Assembly (NCBI RefSeq): GCF_009914755.1
Contig: NC_060932.1
Direction: 5' to 3' (one strand)
DNA from: the human T2T-CHM13v2.0 reference genome, Homo sapiens
Length of the DNA: 64,000 bases
This document shows positions 12,331 to 28,162 of this stretch, piece after piece. Under the pieces are notes generated by a model. It saw only the letters and a list, made by a program, of their open reading frames with translations, did not search any database and had not been told where the DNA came from. Numbering within the stretch: the first letter of the stretch is position 1; every line of letters starts with the position of its first letter. The position numbers were made by a program, and so were the translations under genes.

Positions 12331-12426
12331 CTAAAGAAGAAGAAATAAAGCATATAAAAAGCTCCAAAGGTGTGTCAGAGTGAAGCCATTCCAGAAAGTT
12401 AACAACAATTCTAGCCAGAAATCATT

Positions 12427-12917
12427 ATAACTAAGCACGAATTAGGCTGCACTTTGACCCACTTCCTTGTAACTGGAAGTCATATAACACTAGTTACAGA
12501 GCACATGCATCTTTATGGTTTCTATAGATAGGATCTCTGACATTAGAATCATAAGGTTTTTGTTTAATAAATGCTTAAGCAGATCCTGGATCCTGAATTC
12601 CAGTGAAGTAGGTGACACCAACCAGTTTGACCCTCCCCACCCCCAAAGGAACCAAATCAGCCTGAGAATGCAGGTTCTTCATCTCCCTGTCCCATGACTT
12701 TGCCCTGAACTCTTTGACCAATCAACATCTCCACACTTCAGCCCACTCCAAAATCCTTAAAAACCCTAGGCCCAAATGCCTTGGGGACACGGATTTGATA
12801 TTTCCTCTCATGTCCTCATTTGGCAGACCTCCAATTAAATCTCTTTCTCTGATGCAACCTGGTGTCTTAGCATGTTGACTTGCCACATGCATCAGGAACA
12901 AACCTATTATGGTTAAA
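12427..12917 (+). mobile_element. ERV1 (MER4-group-like) solo LTR
   Basis: CCAAT, ccttaaaaaccc TATA-like box, attaaa polyA signal, 3' end aacctattatggtta; subfamily uncertain. Confidence 0.65.
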
Positions 12918-13645
12918 AGAACATGGCAAACTCAGGGAACAGAAAGGGTCAAGTATGGTGGGGACTAAATGGACACGTGGAGGAGGAGCCAGAGCTAAAT
13001 CCTCAAAAGCATTCTAGCTTTATTGAAAAGGAAAGAGGAATCACTAAAGCAGAGAATTATATGACAGTGGGTTGGTGGCATAGAAAGTTCTTCACTGGAA
13101 AAATGACAACACAAAAAATGGTCAAAACCAAAAAAAAAGACAGGAACTTCCATGGGAGAATATGACAGTTAAACCCTCTCATCTTGGATTTCTCACTCTA
13201 GGTATATATTTTCTAGGATTTTACATTCACCCTGATAGTAATGTGTATTGTGTATTATGTCCTTTGGTCATTTTTTTTCTGTAAGACTTTAATAGTCTTC
13301 TCAGGTTGTTTAAAATTAATGAGGCAAATGTCCTCAATCAAGAAGCAATTTAAGAACATGCTGCTAATTTCAATGAGTTCTGTAAATGAACTAATTTAAT
13401 ACCAGTTGACCCTTTTATTTGGGGAGAATGATTTGTAGCTATATTTTCTTGATTTGTGCCTATAAGCCTTGGCAGTTTGAATGGGCATTTTGAGCCCAGG
13501 GGTAAACATTAATTATGGTACAAGGATGGTGTTCTTGTAAGGGGGGCATAGAACATTCCCCTCAGTAAATAAGTGGACAGTATTTTTTTAACAGGAATGT
13601 CTTGACCATGTTTATTAAAACTGAAAGCCATAGAATAAACAACAC

Positions 13646-14401
<756 letters not shown>

Positions 14402-14974
14402 TAGACCAAGTAGGTGCATGCTAATTAATATTATGAAATTTTGCTATCCTATTCTTTTTTATTTTTTAAACCTCTTTAGAGGTGAGATTGTACCAACTGT
14501 TTTTAAAATTTATTTATTACCGAAAAGGAAAATCTCACTTCCTGAGTAAAACTGATGCATGCTTAATGATATTTTAATGATCTTGCCATTTCTTCTGCCT
14601 TTTACCACTTCATCCAGTGAAGAATCAATATTTTGGTAGCATTTTCTTGAACATCATGCTGTCAATAGGAATGTATCTTTTACTGATGATCTCCTAGGAA
14701 GGGTTTTGCTTTAAACCAGCAAATCCACAGGTCTACAAGCAATGAGAACATTTTACAATGCTGTCATATCAATAAAAGGATAAAATATGATTTCTGCCAC
14801 TGAAGCAGTTTCCATTTAATAGGAAACTATTGTTCTAAGTATGGTTTAGCATTGTTCAATCAAGGCTGAATCAGCATCTTTCAAGAGCCTAGTAAACTCA
14901 ATCTTCTCTGAAAACAGAGGGGAAGGAGAATGGAACTGATAAAATCAGAGTAGGGTAGAATTTCTTTTAGAAGA

Positions 14975-15500
14975 AGTGAAAAGCACTAACCATAATGGAA
15001 ATTATTAATAAAATGACTACATATGACTACATTAAAATTAAGAACTCCTAGTAATAAAAAAGACTTCATAAGCAGAACAAAAAGACAAGACACTGAATAG
15101 GAAAAGATATTTGCCATATACATGACTGCCATGAGACTTATATCAAGAATAATAACAGAACTCCTACAATCCTGTAGAAACATGGCCAAGAGACTTGAAT
15201 TAGCATTTTAGGAAAGAGGGAATCCAACGTTAATGAATATTTGAAAATGAGCTCAAATTCTTTATAATTAAGGAAATGCAAATTATGTACCATTATACAC
15301 CCACCAGATATGCAAAAATTAACAAATCAAACAATGCCTTCCTGGATTCCCTGAACCAAGAAAAACAGGAACTCTTCTACACTGCTGGTAGGAGTGAAAA
15401 CTGTCAAAACCCAGTTGAGAAATACTTTGGCATTAACTAGAAAAGTTGAAGATACATATATATTCAGTGACTCAGTATTTCCACTCAAAATTGACAAAGT
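14975..15500 (+). mobile_element. old L1M (L1ME-like) ORF2 3' fragment
   Basis: gactacattaaaattaagaact ... gaaaagatatttgc ... ggaaatgcaaatt ... acaggaactc. Confidence 0.75.
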
Positions 15501-15954
15501 TATGCACATACATTCACTTTAAAGAAAGTTTCACTTTAAAGAATGTAAAAGAGAGTTTTCTTCTTGTTATGTTTTGAATGAAAAAGACACTCTGGAACAG
15601 CTGGAGCAGCTGCAGGGTAATAGAGAATTAGGGAATGAGTAAAGGAAGCCTTTTCTAGAAAGAGAAAGAGAAAGAAGAAAATGAGTTTCTTCTTGAAGAA
15701 ACTGAAAAACGTTTGGATTTTGAAGCTTTGCAAGCCATATAATTCCATTTATTTTTTATGAGTTATTAACTGGGATAAAGAAGCTTGTTTCTGAAATTAT
15801 TACATTACTTTTAATGGAAAAAAAATCACAATCATTTTTGCACCAATCTAATAGATGCTGTGGCCTGATAAACCAACATTGTCCAAAATGTGGGAAAGAA
15901 TAGATGAAGCCACACTCATTCATCTTGGATTTTAATGAAAGAAAAATAACACAG

Positions 15955-16180
15955 CATTATTTAGTATTTACTATGTTCTATGCTTGGTATAAAACACTTG
16001 ACATGTAAAAATCTCATGTAATCACCACATAAGATAACCCCAAATATCACACTAAAACTAAACTCTATAAAAGATTATCCCTATTTTACAAAAACTGACA
16101 CTTAGAAAAAGTAAAGCCTAGGATTACAGAATTTATGGATGATACAGCTAGAATTCAAATGTAGGCCCCTGGTTTCCAAG
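15955..16180 (-). mobile_element. MIR SINE
   Basis: attatccctattttaca...aaactgacacttagaaa antisense core. Confidence 0.6.
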
Positions 16181-18226
16181 TAAAACAGACAGGTCTATGC
16201 AGCCTCTCTTCTTTTGAGCTATAGGCCAAAAGCATATGTTAAAGAGAAACTTAGCCACAACCCCTTAAAACCTAGCCCCCTTTCCCTCCCCAAAAAGCAA
16301 AAAGATTCCTGTTTGTTGCTTGCCAAAGTAATAGTTCTTAGACATTACCAGCCTTACTCCTCCTTTAAGGCATGATTTTTGCCTGCAGAGAATAAGGAAA
16401 ATAATGGAGCAGATGGTTCAGTCCTACCACCCCTTTCTCTGATTCCTGCTTTCATTCCATCACCTTCTGTGCTTCTCCAGGTAGAGCAGAAACACAGGAA
16501 GAATTCATCATTGTCAAGCTGAGTAGCTTATCTTCGGAAAGTGGGAATATTTACTGAGGTGGAAAAGACAGGTCCATGAAGAGTTTCCTGAGCTTAAAGA
16601 TAGGTATATATAAAGATATATATGTACAAATACATATAATCTTCTTCACTTATGCCTGTGTGTCTGTGACTTTTGGGTTGTTTTCTACCAGGTCTGTTGG
16701 CTTCTTCTAGGTCCTACATGCACTTGACATGTTGTGTGGTCACAGCAAAGCTTTGATTTGGCCATTGTATTCTCTAGAGTTAGTAACATCTAAAGAACAA
16801 AAAGCAAAGGGAAGGCAGAAGAGTATAAGAATCAAAAGTATAAGGTGTGTTTTATTCTGGGATCTTAACATCCTTTGCTTGGGGGCTGAGATTGATCTTT
16901 CTTTGAAAGGTTATTTCACAAAGAAGATAAGAAATGACATATTGGTGTCTTTATTATTTTTATACCCATTTTTTCATCATGTTTTCCAATCTTTACTTAG
17001 GTTTACAGGGATCAAGTAATTCTTATACCTCCAAATGCTATCCTTGTTATCCTTTCACTGACGTTTTCTAGCCACAAACTTAATTTCTATGTGTCTCATT
17101 GATCTCCATTATTAAGTAGAAAGAGTAATATTCATTTATCTATTTTCAAAGGAAGTTGTTCTGATTATCAATGTTGTAAGAGAATTACATCAATAAACGA
17201 ATACGCTGAATTCCTTAGAAAAAGCGTATACAGGTGGTCTCTACTTTCCATAGCTGTAAGTTTGGCTAATGTGCTCATCCAAGAATGCTTACAACACACT
17301 TGTAGCTAGTATTTTTTTGCAACATTCTGAATATTCATCACTGTTTCTTAAGGTGGGGAAGTGAACACTTGGCTGTGGAAGGCCATCTGGTGTCGGTGGA
17401 GGGTAACTACGTGTTTATGTGGAAGTTTAGGAAATGTGTTTCCCCTTCATTCTGCTATCCAGTGTCTGTTTCAAAACACTCACTAGACACATCCAGACAG
17501 GCTACATGGCAACTCTTCTTTATCTCTGCAGACTGGGGGTGGTTATGGTACATTTTTGGTGGTGCTGTTATTATGTCATGGTATAATTTTATGGTATAAT
17601 TTTATAGGATTTATACTTCAGAATATGTTTGAAGTATCATTTGACTGTGGATATGCCTGATAAGTTGAGGTTTTATAACATATTTCTACAATACGGTATG
17701 AAGTTCTGGCTCAGAGGACTCTACTAAGTTGTTCCAGATCTCTACCGCGTCCTCTCGCTCAGCTCTTCTCTTCTGCTTCACTTCATACCAAGCAGAAATA
17801 GCATGACCTCTGACATTAATACAAAGTCCTCCTTCTACCACACTCTTGCCCATGGAACCCCGCCACTCTCATTTTCATGTCACTTGAGACATAGGCCCAT
17901 CTTGATGACTCCTTTTGGTGTTAAGGGAAAAAGGAAGGACCATGGGGTCAAAAAAGCCGTATCTAATTCTAGTGATGAAAACATGTAATTAAAGACCCAA
18001 ATGCAGTAATGTAGAAGGTAAATTACAAGTGACAATATAATGACTATTTTACAGAATTTAATATGTTCAATTCGGTAGGCGTAGAACAGATAAAAGTCTT
18101 CCTTTACCCTTGGTGAAAAGTTTTCAAAATAAAAACTCCAGAAATGATAACTGTAGAAGTTATATTCAATTGTTTACAGTGGGAATGAATGGATTAATTC
18201 AGTGGCTTTCCATCTCATCTTTGTTC

Positions 18227-18324
18227 ATAAACTCAAAAAGATTCACTCAGGATATATTTTTATAAAGAAGTAATTATAAATCCAAAAGGACTCACTCAGG
18301 GTAAATTTTTATAAAGAAGTGACT
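18227..18324. repeat. 49-bp tandem duplication, 2 copies, about 84% identical
   Basis: ataaactcaaaaagattcactcaggatatatttttataaagaagtaatt / ataaatccaaaaggactcactcagggtaaatttttataaagaagtgact. Confidence 0.85.
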
Positions 18325-20583
18325 TATTACTTAAATGTACCTGAAATTAACGTTGTTCTCTTTGACAATTGCTTTCTTTCTCACAGTATAATGGATGATG
18401 TTGTCAATGATTCACTCAGTTTTGGGAAATAACTTGTGTCACCTAACCTGTCCTTTTCAGTGCTTTCAGGCTGGAACATACATGGATAATGGAGATGCCT
18501 ACTGAGAAGACACTGAATATGTGGGCATCTCCCTTTGGTTCTTTGTCTTTCCACTGAGAGACTTTTGAAAATTCTGGCTGGATCAATTTCCTGTGAATAA
18601 TTTTCAGATGTAGGACAGACAAAATTAGTGGGTATTGAGGGTCTGCCTGTTCCCTTTTAAAATGATCTCATTAAGCCTCTTAATGCCTCAGATTTACCTA
18701 TGAAGCAGCAGATAAAATGGGAAGCAAAAAAAATGATAAAATATTTTTTAAAAAATCATGGCTACTCTCTAATGGCTTGTGCTGCTAGAAGTAAAGCATT
18801 TTGCTATGAAAATGGATGGGAGGCTTTCTGCCTTGCTGGGATGTTAGGAAGTGTAATTCATTAGTGGTTTGAAAAGTGCTTTGAGCTAATGGAATAAAAG
18901 GCACTGGAGAAATTTGAACTAATATTATTAAAAATGAAAAATTGCAACAGAGAAACTTATTTCCCCTAGAACACAGGCATCAATTTTGAGTCTAATGTTG
19001 CCTAAACAACCAGTTTGAGAAGGAAAAATGCCAGTCACTCATGTGGACGTTTTGTCTACACGTTCCCAAATTACCAAATTTGACTGACATTGTTTTCCCA
19101 CTGAATTTTATAAATTTAGTTCTTCTCTGAGTACTTAGATTCTTGTTCATATTTGGGGTATGACAGATTTAAATCTATACTATGTAGTGTAAATTCTTCA
19201 ATTACACTATCTTGTGTGTTTCCTCTGTCACTCTATCGTGACCTGCAAGGTCACATGTGTTCTTCTCAACCTCTCCTCATACAACCCTTGAAAATCATAT
19301 TTGAAATCAATGCATTTCCTCATCATCTTCAGAGGCTGTTTTATTCATTATATTGCCACAGTAATTAAGATGGGACGTTCCGAAGTAAAGGTAATGAATA
19401 GAAAGCATTTGCGCAGGTTTCTGAGAATATGAGGTAGATTATTGCTTTGTTCACATTTAGTTTTCCCACAATAATGTTGGACTGGGAATTAATGAACACA
19501 ATTAGAGCTTTTTGATATGGTAAACCTTTGAAACTATTCATTATTCTGTTAACAGAACCTTGCTATTTTTCTTCTAAATTAATGTTCTCCTGTTGCGATG
19601 TAGATTATGTTTTATAATGCAACTCAGTTGGCTTTCTCTTTCCTTTCTTTGCTTGCTGATTTCAGTTCCTTTGTTCAACATGTCATTCAGGTGAGTAATA
19701 AACTAGAACGTCTTTCAATAATCTTTTAGGGAAGAAACTATAATTTAACTTAATGATAACTGTTCATCATTGCATCTTCCTTTTAATGCTTCATCCAAAT
19801 GCAAAGACACAAAAAAATTAGTATATAAAATTAATTAATACATATTTTTAAATAGACTTACTAGGGCAGTTTTGAAATAGTAAAGAAGGTCCTCTTTTTT
19901 TCGTTTGAAAATTATGCTTCATGTCCTCTGTCAAGGCTCTTAACGCAACTCGTATTTTGTCATTACTTTGTAATGTAATGTAAAATGCCAACAGCAACCA
20001 GAGAAAGTGAGCATTAGAGACTCCAGACATATATTATGTCGATGTTCCTGACCTAATTACCAAACAACTGTACATAGGAAAAGGAAGGAAGCAAAGGTTA
20101 AGTATTTGCCTTTCAGTAAGTTTTAAACCTGGATGAGCTATGCTGAGCCTTAATGCAAAAGCAGAATTGGCCCATGCTAATTCACAAATACAAGTGTTAA
20201 CAACACTATTTCATGACTATTTTATTTTTTGCTCAGCTGTGAAGAGAGAACCTCTTTCTCATTGAAGATCAAAACTGAAGTGAACTCAGGAAATGAATGA
20301 CGACATAAGCCATCCTCCTTTTTTGCAGGTGGAAAGGGATGCTTTGGAGTTGGCGATTACGCATGGGCCATTTTCTTTCCTTTATTGTTTCTTGTCTCAT
20401 TTGGTCTTCTTTTCTCTTTCCTTTCCTCTCTACTTTCCTTCCTTCCGTCTTTTTTCTTGGGTGGAAAAAAATAAAACACAACAAAATTATCTGCATGGGA
20501 ATCCATATCAATTCAGGAAGTGAAAACTGCCAAGTTCAAACCTTAAGAAATCTTTGGCAGGATTCCCCCTGCAAACAGCTAAA

Positions 20584-20585
<2 letters not shown>

Positions 20586-20623
<38 letters not shown>
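20586..20623. repeat. (TG)19 microsatellite
   Basis: Perfect dinucleotide run. Confidence 0.98.
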
Positions 20624-20626
<3 letters not shown>

Positions 20627-21349
20627 CCATTTTAGACAGCTTTAGTGTCTCAGGATGGCGTATGCCTAATCCAGTTGGAGTTGGGTCTAATAGAAAGGTT
20701 CACAGAAGATTAAGTTTAATGCACTGTAATAGGTAACTGAGCTTTTGCCAGTATGAATTTTATAAATGTGACTCTCAGTAAGGACCAGAAAATTCGGTTT
20801 ACAAGCATCTTGAAGTGTTTCCTTATGGACTTTTGCATCTTTTCTTTTATGCGGAAATCTCCAAAGAGACCATATGAGTGTTGGAAATACCAAGTGAAGA
20901 GTCAGAGAAGGCAGCGAGAGAAAGAGACTTTGAAGCCTGGTATTTTGAAACTGTTGTTTCAAGAGGCCGATGGTGAGATTAAATTGAATTGATTTATACA
21001 AAAATTGGATATGGAGCATCAAGTAAAATGTCAGAGGCAAAGGAAGAATTACAAAATCTGTAAGAGCAATAATTATACAAAAGAATAATAATGGTTTTCA
21101 CAGCAAGGAGCTAAGTGTGTGTGACTTTAGCTTATTTACCTCTGTGGCAGGGCAGAAATTAAGGGCCAATGAAGGAAGTGTACCACCCTATGTTATATCT
21201 GAAAGCCTAAAAAACCTGGTGCTACCAGAACTTTGCTGAGCAAAGAAGCCAACATAAATAATGATAACGTAACCTGAATGCATTTAGTTTTACGCTTTTC
21301 ATAGCATTTTCACTTTTACATTTTGAATTAATATTCTCTATTATTTTGA

Positions 21350-21699
<350 letters not shown>

Positions 21700-21898
21700 G
21701 GTCTTCCATTTCCACAGATGAAAATATTAACGTAGAGAAGAGTCACAGAAATAAGTGTAATTTTTTTCCCCCTTGACTAATGCAAATGCGTAACTGTGTA
21801 ACTCAGTCTGCATTCACTTTCTGTTCAGGAATTTGAACTTTATACCTCAGGCAATGGGGAAACACAGAAGATGTCTGAACAGAGACATATCAGGATCA

Positions 21899-22305
<407 letters not shown>

Positions 22306-22450
22306 GATGCTTTTGAAAAGACACTGAATGAGAACTCTCCAATGTGCTAGAGATGAGAAGATAGGAAAAACACTTGGGAGAAGGAGGGACATAGATTGGA
22401 AATGTGGGCAGAGCTCATTCTGGGTTGCCGAAAAAACCATAGGCATTGTG

Positions 22451-22751
22451 TTGTTGTTTGTTGTTTGAGAGAGTCTTACTCTGTCGCCCAGGCTGGAGTG
22501 CAGTGGCTCAATCTCAGCTAACTGCAACCACCACCTACAAGGTTCAGGCGATTCTCCTGCCTCAGACTCCTGAGTAGCTGCGATTACCAGCATCCGCCAC
22601 TGCACCTGGCTAATTTTTGTATTTTTTTTTCAGTAGAGATGAGGTTTCACTATGTTGGTTGGGCTGGTCTCAAACTCCTGACTTCAAATGATCCACCTGC
22701 CTTGGCCTCCCAAAATGCTGGGTTTACAGGCGTGAGCCACCATGCCCAGCC
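22451..22751 (-). mobile_element. AluSx-like
   Basis: Full dimer with ctcctgacttcaaatgatcc; ggcattgtg on both flanks. Confidence 0.92.
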
Positions 22752-24361
22752 ACCACTGGCATTGTGAGTACCCACATTTTCAAACTCAGAAGTTAACTCT
22801 TATATTCATTATGTCCTTGATGGAATTTGAACTCTAATCCTCCAGAAACAAATCTCTGAGATGGAATAAATAATAAATGCTAGTTTCACTAATTTGAAAG
22901 CTGTGATCACTTGAATAGAATCTATTAGTTAGAAATTCGAAACCATCTGTAGAAAATAATTATTCCTTGGGCAGACCAGACATTGTCCTGAAAATCGCAA
23001 GGAAATTAATTGTTTTCATGTATTCTGAAACTACTTGAACAACAGGCGCTAGCATATGATTAATGTTAAAAATATAAAGGTCTCATTAATATTACAAATA
23101 GAGCATTTCACAGCCTTCTGTTGAAAAACAGTTTAATTATATAACACATTATATATGTGCTCAAAATAATGTTAACATTTCTATATTCTGGATATTTTAC
23201 TTTTGCTTAATTATTCTAAATTAATGTGAGATTACTGACCAGGCAAATCTGTATATCAAATCCATATTTTTATTTTTCCTAACTCAGGATTCATGTGTTT
23301 AAACAATAGTAAACAAATGGAAAGAACTTCAGACTAGCTCCAGAAAGTTTTGAAATACTACAAATTTTATAGACATTTTAGTTTTAGAATTTGATCATTT
23401 TTAATTTTAAAAATTTTAATTGACACATAATTATATATGTTTATGTAGTACAGTGTGATATTTCCACACATGTATACAATGTGCAATGATCAAATCAGGG
23501 TAATTAGCATAGCCATCACCTCAAACATTAATCATTTCTTTGTGTTGGGAACATTCAACTCCACTCCACCAGTTATTTGGAAATATGCAATAAATTATTG
23601 TTAATTGTAATCACCTTACAGAGCTACAGAACAATAGAACTTATTTCTCCTATCTAGCCATAATTTTGTATTCATTAACCAAGCTCTGGTTCTCTCCCTC
23701 CTTCCCAGCCCTTAGTATACACTATTCTGCTCTCTGGTTCTGTGAGATCAACTTTTTTAGTTCCCCATACGAGTGAGAACATGCACTACTTGTCTTTCTT
23801 TGTCTGGCTTATTTCACTTAACATAATGTCCTCCAAGCTCATCCGTGTCACCACAAATGACAGGATTTCATTCATTTTAATTGCTGAATAATATTCTATT
23901 GTTAATATATACCACATTTTCTTTATCCATTCATCTGTTGATAGGCATTTAGGTTGAATCTGTATCTTGGCTATTATGAACGGTGCTGCAATAAGCATGG
24001 GAACACAGATATATCCTTGGCTTACTGATTCTCTTTCCTTCGGGTAAATATCCAGCAATAGGATTGCTGGGTCATATGGTAGCTCTCTTTTTAGGTTTTT
24101 TTTTTTTTTTTTTCGGAACTTCCATATTATTTTCCCTATTGGCTGTACTAATTTATATTCCTACCACGAGTATGCGAGAGTTCCCTTTTATCCTCATCCT
24201 TGTCAGCATTTATTTTTTTTTTTTTGTCATTTTGATAACAGCCATTCTAACTGGAATAAGATGATATCTCATTGGGGTTTTGATTTGCATTTCCCTGATG
24301 GTTGGTGATGTTGAGAATTTTTTCATATACCTTTTGGCCATTTGTATTTTTTTCTTTTTGA

Positions 24362-24694
<333 letters not shown>

Positions 24695-24708
24695 CCCATG
24701 TTTTTAAT

Positions 24709-24710
<2 letters not shown>

Positions 24711-24743
<33 letters not shown>
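24711..24743. repeat. (GAT)11 microsatellite
   Basis: Perfect trinucleotide run inside L1. Confidence 0.97.
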
Positions 24744-24746
<3 letters not shown>

Positions 24747-26879
24747 GCTGTTTAGTTATTTGAATTCCTTGCATATTCTGGATACTAATCTCCTGTTGGA
24801 TACATCGTTTGCAAATATTTTCTCCTATTATGCCAGTTGTCTCTTCACTGTGTTGATTCCTTTTGGTGTGCAGAAGCTTTTTGGTTTGATTTAATCCCAT
24901 TTGTCTATTTTTGCTTCTGTTACCTGTGCTTTTGATGTCTTTTTCATAATATCTTTTCCCAGACCAATGTCCTAAAGTGTTTTTACTATATTTTCCTCTA
25001 CTAGTGTCATAGTTTCAGGTCTTATATTTAAGACTTTAATTCATTTTGAATTGATTTTTGTGTATGGTGAGAGGCAGTGGTCTAGTTTCATTCTTCTGCC
25101 TATGGATATCCAGTTTTTCCAGCACCATTTATTGAAGAGACTGAGACATGTTTTCTATTACAGGAGGATATGGAAAGAAAGTAAACCAAGCTGTTGATCT
25201 TTAGGGTTGTTTAATTCATTTCACCATGCCTATTTCTACTCTCCAAATACACTGTAGTTCCCATAGAACACTAAGGCCTTGTCAATTTGACTTACCATGG
25301 TGGGGCCTGAGCAGGTGTGTGCTGTTTAATGTCAGCAGAAAATCAGACTGAGCCCACTCCATTTATGAATGGCTTCCTCCTGGTTCCCATTTGCATGCAT
25401 GTGAAATTATGTTAAAATGAACATCAAAAGCTGTCAGACTGAGGTTATATGGAAAAAGAAGCCCACCTTTATGCTTGGCAATATTGCCAAGGTATAAGGG
25501 CCAATTTTATACATATGTTGTAGAAAAGAGTTTGAAAGGCAGCTCTTTCTTCCTGTTGATCCCCAAGACAGTGGCCCTAATTCACTGTGCCCATCATGTG
25601 AATATTCTTAATGTAACCATCTATATTTCTGCTAGAGTTGTGTTAAATAACATGACACAGTAAGTTTCTGTTATGTCAATTTGGTTGCAGGAGCGGGTAA
25701 GTAATACTATCTCAAAAAAAAAAAAATGTTGACCTGATTCTTAATGTGTATAGCCAGCTTTTTGACTGTTATTCTTACAATGTAGAAACACACAAACATC
25801 TGCTTGCTAAGACATTGGAGAATGGTTTTATTTTCTTATACGTATATTTATCTCAGGCTTTATTCTTGGCTGCCTCTTTTGGGCTTACCCTGAAAAGATG
25901 TTGCATATATAATCAACTGGGTGTTCACATCAATGTCTGTCATTGCTTGGAGAGTTTAAAATGGAAAAATCTATTTCCTCTGGCAGAGCTTTTTGTCTTA
26001 TTTTAATTATTCTTCGGAATTTTTATGAAACCATGTTGTGTTGTCAGAAATGGCCTCCATGTTGAACTTTGCCTTGTCAAAATAATTTTATCATTCATAA
26101 ATATTTCAGTGAAAACCAAAGACTGCTTATAAATGATTGATTCTGTAGAGTTCACTGACATTTCCTGTGAAGTCTTTTATTAAAATTAGAGTATCCCATC
26201 CTAAATCTGACCATTAATTGTTAATAATGTGCAGATTGAAACCTAGGTGTCTCTAAAACATGAAAAATTAAATTAGTAGTTATAATGATACATTGAAATT
26301 AAGAAGGTTCATCACAGTTCAAAGAAGCTCATTCTCAAGCTTAGCACTACACTAAAGTGTATTTTGGTTTCTAAATTAAATAAGGCAAGCTTTGTACCTA
26401 GAAGTATTCTATATGATATAGAGAGGACCAGAAGCAATGAGTAAAGAAAGTTGAACGGCGGAAATTAACATGGATGGGTTATTTATGTCATTTATTTAAT
26501 CTTACCATTTCTTTTCCATGATGAAATATGGCCTATTATTTTAGGTGGGCAGACAAAAATAATGCTCACTTAAGTAACCAATTTCTAAGTCATTTGAATG
26601 TTGAAGCTTATGATATTGGATAGATCTAGTGCTGAATATGGGACTAAATTTGATTTTAAGAAGTAGCCAGTTTCTTTGCTTTTTTCATTGTTAGACAAGC
26701 AGTTTTTTATTACTCTTTCTATACTTTCCAAATTCTCCACAAGAGCACATATTGCTTTTCTGAAAAAAAGTTAAAAATAAAAGAAAGCAAAAGAAAAGAC
26801 AGAAAACAATTCCACTAGCCATAGATACCATTTTCAAACTTATTTTCTTTTTAGTATTTTCTATACTTACTTTTTACAG

Positions 26880-27160
26880 TTTATTCAAGGCAACAAGTAT
26901 TTGTAGAACATTCCTGTGTTCTAGGCACTGAGAATGGCATCGAATAGTAAAACAGAGGCTCTTTTCTGCAGAAACTTACAATATAGTTAGGAAGACAAGT
27001 CATCCATTTTCTTGTAGAACAAAAAAAGAATGCAGTAAGTTCTGAATGGGTGATAGAGACAGAACCTTCATAAAAACAGTCTGAAGAAAATGAAGAAGCT
27101 TGGCTGTGGTGATTAGGAGGTTCTTGATGGTGGCAATAAGCTTGAGTTGGTTTTGAAGTG
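26880..27160 (-). mobile_element. L2 fragment
   Basis: ttattcaa...caacaagtatttgtagaaca...gttctaggcactgaga. Confidence 0.6.
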
Positions 27161-27759
27161 TTCACGTTTGGGTTTTTTCCCCCAGTGGCATCCGTAGGTG
27201 GAACAATCTACAATAATCTACAGACTGTACTTGATACGTCACAGAGTTCTCAAATCTTCTGCGTATATCATTGGGGCTTAACAAATTGACCTCCTTTAGA
27301 GCAGATGTTCTCAGTGCCCCATTTATACCTTTGTCATCACAATTTCCATGCAAGCTGGCTGACTTTGAACACCAAGCACCACAGCTCTTTGCCTGAGGGT
27401 ATTTTCTGGCCACCCAAGTCTGTTCTGCCTACCTTGGCATCAGCCACAAATGCTGGGGAGCTGATGCTCTACTTGGAAGAGTCTTCAAGACATAACTGAT
27501 GGGAGTTAGTGGATAAACACCTCAATTCCGTCTATTCAGTATATTCCAGGGGTATAACCTACACTGTCTTTCAGAATTCCTGATGGGATGGAGGGCTAGT
27601 TACAACTGTGATCACAGACTTCTAAAGCTTATTGCCAAAAATTCTAAAGATGTAGTACTATGGCATTCAACCTCATCCCTCTCTGTTAAATAAGCTTTCA
27701 GGGATTGGAGGCATGTTAGAAGTCATCTAATCCAATCACCTTCTAGTAGATTCTGTCTG

Positions 27760-28162
27760 ACTTTGCCTACATCCTGGTGACCCGCCCTGGAGACAGTTCC
27801 ATGCTTGGAAGGTTTCCTGCAGCTCTCTGCCTGTGGGTCTCCTCTGGCTGCGGAAGCTGCCTGGTCCACATGGTACAGGCCTAAGTGCCCAAGAAACAAA
27901 TGGCAAGGAATAAGGAATGAGTGCTAATGAACAAATACTACAGCAGGAAATTCTGAGGAGTGATCATCTCAGAGGAGCTCCTGCAGGGTTTGTCTTTAGT
28001 GTTTCAGAATTAACGCATTGAGCAGCACCCTTTTTTCTTTTCTCGATTTCACTTCCCCACCCACTCTTCACCCGGCTTCCTGAAGCCATTGCCCTGATAA
28101 ACAACCTGCACTCAAACACTTGATCAGGGTGGGTATACTCTGGGGGAACTGAAACTGGGACA
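27760..28162 (+). mobile_element. old ERVL LTR (LTR16/LTR33-like)
   Basis: 3' end cctgataaacaacctgcactcaaac...ctctgggggaactgaaactgggaca; a related piece may lie at 27300-27600. Confidence 0.5.

Noticed and set aside
15513-15545. 17-bp tandem ttcactttaaagaa
   Set aside because: Ordinary slippage at an L1 edge
20339-20736. Cys-Val repeat ORFs (also 35286-35510)
   Set aside because: Translations of (TG)n microsatellites
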